From contig JBEBJA010000069.1 in NCBI GenBank assembly GCA_040080145.1, positions 1,620-65,619 of the forward strand: DNA of 64,000 bases, read 5' to 3'. The DNA is from Hyphomicrobiaceae bacterium. GTDB lineage: Bacteria > Pseudomonadota > Alphaproteobacteria > Rhizobiales > Hyphomicrobiaceae. Shown here piece after piece: positions 30,670 to 37,634 of the stretch (the stretch's first letter is position 1; every line of letters begins with the position of its first letter). The notes under the pieces are model-generated. The model had not been told where the DNA came from and did no database searches. It saw only the letters and a program-made list of their open reading frames with translations. The translations under genes were made by a program, and so were the position numbers.

Positions 30670-31785
30670 CTAGAAACGGACATGCGCCGACATGTTCATG
30701 GTGTGGCGGGCACCGACCCATGTATCGAGATGGTGCTTGGTGAAGGCGAGACCCGTTTTCTCGAAGAAGCGCGGCCAGCCGATCCGGTCGATCCACTCGC
30801 CCATGCGCTCCCAGTGCTTCGCGTCCTCTTTGTAGGCGTAGAGGATCTTGCGCACGATATCTTCCACCTCGGGCCAGCGCGGCGGATTGTTGGGCAGGTT
30901 GGCAACCACCAGCTTGTGGAACGTCGGCTTCGAGCGGGCATTCGAATGCTTGCCGCCAACCCAGATGGCCAGTTTCGTCGATTCAGCGCTGTTGATCTGC
31001 ATCGGTGGACATGGCGGATAACAGGCACCGCAGCACACGCACTTTTTCTCATCGACTTCCAGCGACGGCTTGCCGTTGACCATAGCAGGGCGGATAGCCG
31101 CCACTGGACAACGCGCGACCACCGAGGGTCGCTCGCAAACATTGCCCACCCGGTCATGGTCGATCTTGGGAGGCTTCGTGTACTGGACGTTGATGGAGAT
31201 GTCGCCTTGGCCGCCGCAATTGATCTGACAGCACGACGTCGTGATGCGGACGCGCGTCGGCATGTCTTCCTGAATGAATTCCTTGTGCAACATATCCATC
31301 AGGCTTTTGACCACGCCCGAGGCGTCGGTGCCTGGGATATCGCAATGCAACCATCCTTGAGTATGCGAAATCATCGACACCGAGTTACCAGTTCCGCCAA
31401 CCGGGAACCCTTCTTCGGTCAGCGCCTTGATAAGTGCGGGAACCTTGTCAAAGGCTGCGACCATGAATTCGATGTTGGAGCGCGTGGTAAATCGCACATG
31501 CCCTTCGCCGTGTTTGTCGGCTATGTCGCAAAGCTTGCGGATCGTATAGACGTCCATCTGCCGCTGCGTGCCGGCGCGAACCGTAAAGATTTCATCGCCG
31601 CTCTTGGCGACATGGCGCAGCACGCCTGGACGCGGCCGCTCATGCCAAGCCCAGTTCCCGTAGTTCTTACGCATGATCGGGTGCATGTACTGCAGCGGAT
31701 CAGGAACGCCGGATTCAATTGGCTTGCGCGGCTTGGGAGGTGCGGCTGGTTTTGCAGGCGTAAGGCTCGCGGTGGTTTCAGTCAT
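30670..31785 (-). CDS. dsrB: DsrB, sulfite reductase beta subunit (reverse-acting type by context)
   Basis: Full-length DsrB-like sequence with ferredoxin-insert Cys clusters (CVCCGACYPPCP). Confidence 0.95.
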   Translation of the reverse strand: MTETTASLTPAKPAAPPKPRKPIESGVPDPLQYMHPIMRKNYGNWAWHERPRPGVLRHVAKSGDEIFTVRAGTQRQMDVYTIRKLCDIADKHGEGHVRFTTRSNIEFMVAAFDKVPALIKALTEEGFPVGGTGNSVSMISHTQGWLHCDIPGTDASGVVKSLMDMLHKEFIQEDMPTRVRITTSCCQINCGGQGDISINVQYTKPPKIDHDRVGNVCERPSVVARCPVAAIRPAMVNGKPSLEVDEKKCVCCGACYPPCPPMQINSAESTKLAIWVGGKHSNARSKPTFHKLVVANLPNNPPRWPEVEDIVRKILYAYKEDAKHWERMGEWIDRIGWPRFFEKTGLAFTKHHLDTWVGARHTMNMSAHVRF

Positions 31786-31918
31786 GTGGCACTACTCGCT
31801 CTTTGATCCAAAAGCTGGTCGCCGCAACGCAGCTTCCTTGCCCGAAACTTTGCTATTGTGAGAAAGATACCGGCCCGCTGGCACCAACACCGCGAACCGG
31901 TATCGTCTCCCCCCGGAA

Positions 31919-33271
31919 CTACTCGGCAGCATCCTTTGCGCCGCCGTCTTTGCGCAACCCGCGGCGGGCAAAGTATTTCTCTGCCTCTTCTGTGAAGTCG
32001 TCCGTGCGGACATAGCTCGACGTGCGGGGGTGCTTGACCATGTTCGGGTCGGGCTCGATACCGAGCGCATCAAGGAAGGCCGGCAACCCGATACGATCCA
32101 GCGTCTCGCCGACACGTTCGTGCTCAAGTGCGTTGTCGGCAAAGAAGTCGATCACCTGACGGGCAAACGCTTTCAATTTTGCATAGTCGGCATCCGTCTC
32201 AAGCTTCATGAACGGCACAATCATTGTGCCCATGAGATCGCCCACCTTGAGCGACCGCTTGCCACCGATGAGGATCGACGCACCCTTGTCGTCTCCTGGT
32301 GCCAACGCTTTATGCATGACGTTGATACAATGCATGCAACGCACGCAGCTCTTGTTGTCGACATCCAGCGTATCGTCGTCGTTGAGACTGAGCGCGCGTG
32401 TCGGGCACATGGCGATCACGTGGTCAATCGTATACTTGCGGCCCTGCTTGGCGACGTATGCTTTAACTTCCTGCTGATCGACTTTCATGTCGTCGCGCCA
32501 CGTTCCGATCACGGCAAAGTCGGCGCGATGGATGGCGTTGACGCAGTCGTTGGGACAGCCAGAGAACTTGAATTTGAACTTGTAGGGCAATGCAGGCCGG
32601 TGAATTTCGCCGACGTTATCGTTGAGGATCGTGCGCAAAGCGCGCGCCTCGTCATAGTTCGACATTTCGCAGCGGGCATGTCCAACGCAGCTCATGCTGG
32701 TGCGCAGAGCAGGGCCAGCCCCGCCAAGGTCGAAGCCGATCTCGTTCAGTTCATCAAAGGCTTTCTGGCATCCAGCAGTCGTGGTGCCCTGCAGCATGAT
32801 ATCGCCCGACTGGCCGTGCAACGCGATCAGGCCCGAACCATGACGCTCCCAGATGTCGCAAATATTGCGCAAAACCTCGGTGTTGTAGTGAAAGCCAGGA
32901 GGCGGCATCACGCGAAGAGTGTGGAACTCCTTGGAAGCTGGAAACTTGTCGGCAACTTCGGAAAAACGCGGAATGATTCCGCCGCCATAGCCAAACACCG
33001 AAACGGTGCCGCCCTTCCAGAATCCAAGCCGCTCGGTGTAGGAGTGCTCGAGCTGACCAAGCAAATCGTTCATCATCGGCGCGTATTGTTTGTCGTCGCT
33101 GTCGCGAAGCCGCTTCAGCCCGGTAACGAAGCTCGGCCATGGACCACCCTCAAGCTGGTCAAGTCGCGGAGTCGCATGCTTGTTAGCGGAGGCACATCCG
33201 CAACCTGAGCCACAACCACCCTCCTTGCCGCCGTCTTTCCCTGCATCCTCGGTCTTGGACTTATCTGCCAT
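31919..33271 (-). CDS. dsrA: DsrA, sulfite reductase alpha subunit, with a Cys/Gly-rich N-terminal extension
   Basis: KHATPRLDQLEGGPWPSFVTG and siroheme/Fe-S Cys motifs. No alternative in-frame ATG/GTG/TTG lies between the ATG at 33271 and the conserved KHATP region. Confidence 0.95.
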   Translation of the reverse strand: MADKSKTEDAGKDGGKEGGCGSGCGCASANKHATPRLDQLEGGPWPSFVTGLKRLRDSDDKQYAPMMNDLLGQLEHSYTERLGFWKGGTVSVFGYGGGIIPRFSEVADKFPASKEFHTLRVMPPPGFHYNTEVLRNICDIWERHGSGLIALHGQSGDIMLQGTTTAGCQKAFDELNEIGFDLGGAGPALRTSMSCVGHARCEMSNYDEARALRTILNDNVGEIHRPALPYKFKFKFSGCPNDCVNAIHRADFAVIGTWRDDMKVDQQEVKAYVAKQGRKYTIDHVIAMCPTRALSLNDDDTLDVDNKSCVRCMHCINVMHKALAPGDDKGASILIGGKRSLKVGDLMGTMIVPFMKLETDADYAKLKAFARQVIDFFADNALEHERVGETLDRIGLPAFLDALGIEPDPNMVKHPRTSSYVRTDDFTEEAEKYFARRGLRKDGGAKDAAE

Positions 33272-33448
33272 TGTCTTGCTCCGTCCCTAGGCTTCCTGGC
33301 CACGCATCATCCGCTCGCGCGGGAATGGTTCTTTGTCCACGATCTGGCGGTCAGACAATTTTTCGGGCGTGAGGCGAGCTGCAAAGCCCTCACCTCAGCC
33401 CCTGCCCAAATGTCTGAGCGCACGTGGTTGACGAGATCATATCTATAA

Positions 33449-33466
33449 ATTCGAATATTGCAATAA
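33449..33466. promoter_or_regulatory. AT-rich partial palindrome ATTCGAATATTGCAATAA in the dsrA / tauD-like divergent control region
   Basis: Read directly. Shares ATTCGAATAT with 41449-41458 and fits ATT-N2-AATATT-N2-AAT, as does the cbb palindrome. Confidence 0.4.
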
Positions 33467-33567
33467 GAACTCAGCGGGGCGATAGTGTCGCTGGGAACGG
33501 TGGTGCCGAAAGCACGAATGCGGTGTGGAAAAAGCGGCCTGCCCGGTACGGCTAGCGGAGACGGTCA

Positions 33568-34530
33568 TTGAAACGGCGCGACGAAAATAGTGCTCTAAGG
33601 AACGGTGGTCCAAGAGGTGGCGGGCCGGTATCCCCGTTCGAACTTGGCAACGATGATTATTATCGTCAGTGGCGCGAGAAAAAGCTATCGGCATTTCCAA
33701 GGTCGGTAGCCGAATTGAAGGTTACCCTCGCCGATCTTGGTCAGCCTTCCGTTGCTGAACGTCAACGCATTATAGATGCCATCAAGCGCGCCAACATGGC
33801 GATCTATGTCAGTCAACCGCCTGCAAACGACGCCGATGGCCGCAAGCTTCGGCAAGACCTTACGGCCTTTTTGGCTGGCTTCGGACTGGCGAGCGTTGAA
33901 AAACACCGCTCAGCCGAGAGCGATGGGTTCGTTGCCATTGAGGTTTCGCAAACACCAGTCAAACGTGGGTTCATTCCTTATACGTCAAAGCCGCTGAGCT
34001 GGCACACCGACGGTTACTACAACCCACCGCAGGCCGCTATCCGGGCCATGTTGCTCCATTGCGCTCACGCGGCCACGTCAGGCGGCGAGAATGCGCTTCT
34101 TGATCCAGAGATTGCCTACATCCGGCTTCGCGACGCCAACCCGAAATGGGTGGAGGCACTGATGCGGCCTGACGCGATGACGATCCCGGTATCCATTGAG
34201 GAAGACGGCAGCGAGCGTCCGGTCAGCACCGGCCCCGTATTCGCGGTGGATGCTTCAGACGGCAGTCTGCTCATGCGCTACACCGCGCGGGGCCGCAATA
34301 TCCACTGGCGGGACGACGAGGATACGCGCGCTGCAACGGCCTTCCTGGAACGGGTGTTGAAAGACGAACAGGAGCCACTCGTCCTGCGGGCGCAGTTGGA
34401 ACCAGGAGAAGGATTGATCTGCAATAACGTGTTGCACACCAGAACAGCATTCGAAGATACCGGAACACCCCGCCGCCTTATCCTGCGTGCGCGGTTTGCC
34501 ACAAGAATTGCAACCCACGAACCCGAGTGA
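33568..34530 (+). CDS. TauD/TfdA-family Fe(II)/2-oxoglutarate dioxygenase-like protein
   Basis: HxD in LSWHTDGYY, distal His in NNVLHTRTAF, Arg in RRLILRARF. TTG start is uncertain. Confidence 0.7.
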   Translation: MKRRDENSALRNGGPRGGGPVSPFELGNDDYYRQWREKKLSAFPRSVAELKVTLADLGQPSVAERQRIIDAIKRANMAIYVSQPPANDADGRKLRQDLTAFLAGFGLASVEKHRSAESDGFVAIEVSQTPVKRGFIPYTSKPLSWHTDGYYNPPQAAIRAMLLHCAHAATSGGENALLDPEIAYIRLRDANPKWVEALMRPDAMTIPVSIEEDGSERPVSTGPVFAVDASDGSLLMRYTARGRNIHWRDDEDTRAATAFLERVLKDEQEPLVLRAQLEPGEGLICNNVLHTRTAFEDTGTPRRLILRARFATRIATHEPE

Positions 34531-34534
34531 GCCC

Positions 34535-34774
34535 ATGTCACAACGAGTTGAGCCTGTGCACGGCATGGTTGCCGTTAGCGACCTCATCATCAAGCATCCC
34601 GAGGTGGCGACGTTCGACGAGCTGCTCGTCATCGTCGCAATGGCGGCCAAGGACGGTGCCCGCTTTCTGAATTACGACATCAAGCCCGATTACCGCGATA
34701 CGCCAAAGCGCTGGGAAATGCTGCTTGAGAACGCGTTCAACCTTGGTCCGCGCTACCTTGGAGAGAGGCAGTGA
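34535..34774 (+). CDS. hypothetical small protein (79 aa)
   Basis: Starts 5 nt after the dioxygenase stop. Codon third positions look gene-like. No family recognised. Confidence 0.5.
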   Translation: MSQRVEPVHGMVAVSDLIIKHPEVATFDELLVIVAMAAKDGARFLNYDIKPDYRDTPKRWEMLLENAFNLGPRYLGERQ

Positions 34775-35022
34775 GCGACCCCGTCGTCACCGATATCGAG
34801 CGTATCGAAGCGCCGTTCCGGCGTCAGTTAGTGCTTCAAGACGTTGCTCACGAAAGCGGGCTGAAGATGCTGCGTATCCGCATCCGTGAAGGCACCCGCT
34901 TTACGATCCTTGACGTCGATGCACCGGTCGCGCGCCAATGGGGTGAGCTGATGCTCGCGTGGGCGCAAACGAACGAACAAACGAACCCGCAAGCCACCAT
35001 CATACCCAAGGACGTTCCATGA
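34771..35022 (+). CDS. hypothetical small protein (83 aa)
   Basis: GTGA overlap with the preceding ORF suggests translational coupling. No family recognised. Confidence 0.5.
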   Translation: MSDPVVTDIERIEAPFRRQLVLQDVAHESGLKMLRIRIREGTRFTILDVDAPVARQWGELMLAWAQTNEQTNPQATIIPKDVP

Positions 35023-35101
35023 CCGGCACCCTTGCGGCTTTGTGTTCAGCCAGTGCTCCAAGTGCGAGGCCAGCGCATGCCGGTTATGGGACCAGGATGT
35101 G

Positions 35102-36550
35102 ATGGAGCAGCTTCCGATCAGCCTCAACCTCAAAGGCAAAAAGGTCGTCGTGACCGGTGGCGGTTCGGTCGCGGCCCGAAAGTGCGAGGCGGCCCTCCGC
35201 GCCGGTGGTAACGTATTGGTCGTGACGCCGCGTTTAGGACCCGAGTTCCATGCGCTGGCGTTGCATCGAGACTTCCGCCACCGGGCGGGTCGTCCCGAGA
35301 GCCACGATTTCGACGATGCCGTCTTGGTGTTTGGGGCCAGTGAGAATGAAATAGAGGATAATCGCGTCCACGAATTGGCTAAGTCCAGGCGCGCGCTGGT
35401 CAACATCCCAGACCGGCCCGAACTTTGCGATTTCTCCATGCCTTCAATTCTCGACCGCTCGCCGTTGTTGATTGCCATCTCATCGGCTGGTTACTCACCC
35501 TTGCTGACACGGTTGATAAAACAGCGCCTTGAAAGCACCATTCCAGCCGCCTTCGGCAATCTTGCCAGGTTCTTCGGGGGCCTTCGCGAACATGTTGTTG
35601 CCCACATCCCTGATAATCGTAAGCGCCGTTATTTCCTTGAAAAAATGCTCGATGGTCCCGTCGCTGATCTGGTGCTTGCTGGCGATGAACCACGGGCGAA
35701 GGCGCTGCTCGACAGCGAACTTGCAGCTCTCGATACCCCTGAGCAAGGACCCGGATTGGGCGAAGTCTATCTCGTCGGTGGCGGTCCAGGCGACCCCGAT
35801 CTGCTGACGTTTCGCGCCCTGCGCCTCCTGCAGCGCGCTGATGTCGTGGTCTATGATCGCCTGATCGGTAGCCCCATCCTCGAACTGGTGCGCCGCGATG
35901 CCGTCCGCATTTATGTCGGCAAGATGAAGGACAAGCATGAGCTCTCCCAGGTCGAGATCAGCAAGCTGCTTGTGAAACTCGCGCGTGAAGGCAAGCGCGT
36001 GTTGCGCCTGAAGGGTGGAGATCCTTTCATATTCGGTCGCGGCGGCGAGGAAATCGAAATGCTGGCCGGCGAGGGAATCCCGTTTCAAGTGGTGCCTGGA
36101 ATTACGGCGGCCTCGGGATGCTCCAGTTATGCAGGCATTCCACTCACCCACCGCGATCATGCCCAGTCGTGTCTTTTCGTCACCGGTCACTCCAAAGATG
36201 GCCAGCTCATGCTCGATTGGAAGGCCGTGCTACAGCCCCGGCAGACGGTGGCAATTTATATGGGATTGGCGATGATGCCCGGCCTCGTGCGGGATTTTCT
36301 AGCGCATGGGGCCGATCCCGACCTGCCGGTCGCCGTCGTTGATAACGGGACTCGGCCCAACCAGACGGTCATTTCGGGAACCATCGCGTCGATTGCGCAA
36401 AAAGTCGCCGAGGCCGGCATCAAGGGACCGGCCATGATTCTGATCGGTTCGGTTGTGCGGCTTCGCGAAAAGCTCGCATGGTTCAAACCGGAAACGGGAA
36501 CGCCCTCGACAACGGCTGGCATAGCCCAGTCCGTGGCGCGGATAGATTAA
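35102..36550 (+). CDS. cysG: siroheme synthase (precorrin-2 dehydrogenase/ferrochelatase + uroporphyrinogen-III C-methyltransferase)
   Basis: N-terminal Rossmann KKVVVTGGGSVAARK. SUMT domain VYLVGGGPGDPDLLTFRALRLLQRADVVVYD. Start at the ATG at 35102. Confidence 0.9.
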   Translation: MEQLPISLNLKGKKVVVTGGGSVAARKCEAALRAGGNVLVVTPRLGPEFHALALHRDFRHRAGRPESHDFDDAVLVFGASENEIEDNRVHELAKSRRALVNIPDRPELCDFSMPSILDRSPLLIAISSAGYSPLLTRLIKQRLESTIPAAFGNLARFFGGLREHVVAHIPDNRKRRYFLEKMLDGPVADLVLAGDEPRAKALLDSELAALDTPEQGPGLGEVYLVGGGPGDPDLLTFRALRLLQRADVVVYDRLIGSPILELVRRDAVRIYVGKMKDKHELSQVEISKLLVKLAREGKRVLRLKGGDPFIFGRGGEEIEMLAGEGIPFQVVPGITAASGCSSYAGIPLTHRDHAQSCLFVTGHSKDGQLMLDWKAVLQPRQTVAIYMGLAMMPGLVRDFLAHGADPDLPVAVVDNGTRPNQTVISGTIASIAQKVAEAGIKGPAMILIGSVVRLREKLAWFKPETGTPSTTAGIAQSVARID

Positions 36551-36572
36551 ACCTCACAGAAGGAAGGAAAGC

Positions 36573-36911
36573 ATGTCACTTGAATTGAATGGACAGACGA
36601 TCGAAACAACGGCCAGCGGCTATATGGTCAACCTTGAGGATTGGAACGAGGAGTTGGCCCACGCGATCGCCGCGTTGGACGACATTACGCTCACGGAAGG
36701 GCACTGGGACGTCATCAACTACCTGCGCGATCAGTACATCAACAACAATCAGGTGCAGCCCAACACGCGCACCATCGTCAAAGCCATGAGCGAAAAATGG
36801 GGACGCGAAATCGACTCCAAGGATTTGTATGATCTCTTCCCAACTGACCCGTCAAAACAGGGCGGACGCATCGCCGGGTTACCCGAAAGCCGCCGCAAGG
36901 GTGGCTACTGA
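36573..36911 (+). CDS. DsrC/TusE-family protein lacking both conserved cysteines
   Basis: Aligns along its full length with the DsrC at 28927-29259. Its C-terminus is QGGRIAGLPESRRKGGY, versus QACKIAGLPKPTGCV in DsrC. GAAGGAAGGAAA RBS. Confidence 0.85.
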   Translation: MSLELNGQTIETTASGYMVNLEDWNEELAHAIAALDDITLTEGHWDVINYLRDQYINNNQVQPNTRTIVKAMSEKWGREIDSKDLYDLFPTDPSKQGGRIAGLPESRRKGGY

Positions 36912-36934
36912 CAACGCTGACCAAGGAGGCGCTC

Positions 36935-37273
36935 ATGGTTCCGCGCGAATTCATCTGCGACGCTTGTGGGTTGCCTCCGCACGCCGTTGAGGACGCGGCT
37001 TTGGCCGGCCAGGAGCGGTCTGCCGGTCAAGAACTTCCTGCTAAGTGGGTACGTCGCACCTTCGGACGCCGGAAGTTTATTCTCTGCGACTGTTGCGGCA
37101 GCACCCACCATTTCAAGGGTGGTCTATCGACGTATCTGCAGGAGACACTTGGGCTGGGTCCGTACGCAGTATGTGACTTCGCCGCCGATGCAGCGCCAGG
37201 CAGCGGTCTGCATCGCTTGAGGATCAAACAGCCAGACCCAACTGACGACCCACCAGAGGGAGCAGGTTCGTGA
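36935..37273 (+). CDS. hypothetical 4-Cys (zinc-ribbon-like) small protein, paralog A
   Basis: AAGGAGG RBS. CDAC ... LCDCCG...F.GGLS.YL motif shared with the next ORF. Confidence 0.6.
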   Translation: MVPREFICDACGLPPHAVEDAALAGQERSAGQELPAKWVRRTFGRRKFILCDCCGSTHHFKGGLSTYLQETLGLGPYAVCDFAADAAPGSGLHRLRIKQPDPTDDPPEGAGS

Positions 37274-37584
37274 AAGTTTCGTGCGACAGTTGCCAGACGG
37301 AATGCGATGTCACGGTCAGTGGACCAACGCTGCTCAGGCGAGCGCTCCCCAGGGGCTGGCGTCCGCGCCGCATTGATGGCCGGGTCTATGTTCTTTGCGA
37401 TATTTGTGGAAACTTACGACAGTTCGTTGGCGGGCTTTCGCCCTATCTCGCCGCACGGCTCAACCTTCCATCCAATGTCGAAATAGAATTTCCCGAATAC
37501 ACCGAGCTTCCAGACGCTTGGCTTGCGCGGGGAAAAATAGCGAAAGCAAATCCGGCTGCCACGAAGCTCGAGTCGGGCGAGTAA
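37270..37584 (+). CDS. hypothetical 4-Cys (zinc-ribbon-like) small protein, paralog B
   Basis: GTG start overlaps the upstream stop, with a GAGGGAG RBS. CDSC ... LCDICG...F.GGLS.YL. Confidence 0.55.
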   Translation: MKVSCDSCQTECDVTVSGPTLLRRALPRGWRPRRIDGRVYVLCDICGNLRQFVGGLSPYLAARLNLPSNVEIEFPEYTELPDAWLARGKIAKANPAATKLESGE

Positions 37585-37634
37585 TTCGCGTACAGCCGGG
37601 CGGCGAGTTCACAGCAGAGGGGGAGGGGGGAGGC

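Noticed and set aside
30514-33208. Long plus-strand ORFs antisense to dsrB and dsrA (30514-31806, 430 aa; 32030-33208, 392 aa). Similar shadow ORFs lie opposite rpe (12141-12965), glmU (53691-54680), nspC (59907-61025), TetR (61347-62039) and carboxynorspermidine synthase (62104-63309).
   Set aside because: These are typical GC-rich shadow ORFs. Their translations are Arg/Ala/His/Pro-rich low-complexity with no family signatures. The opposite strand encodes unmistakable conserved proteins across the same span.
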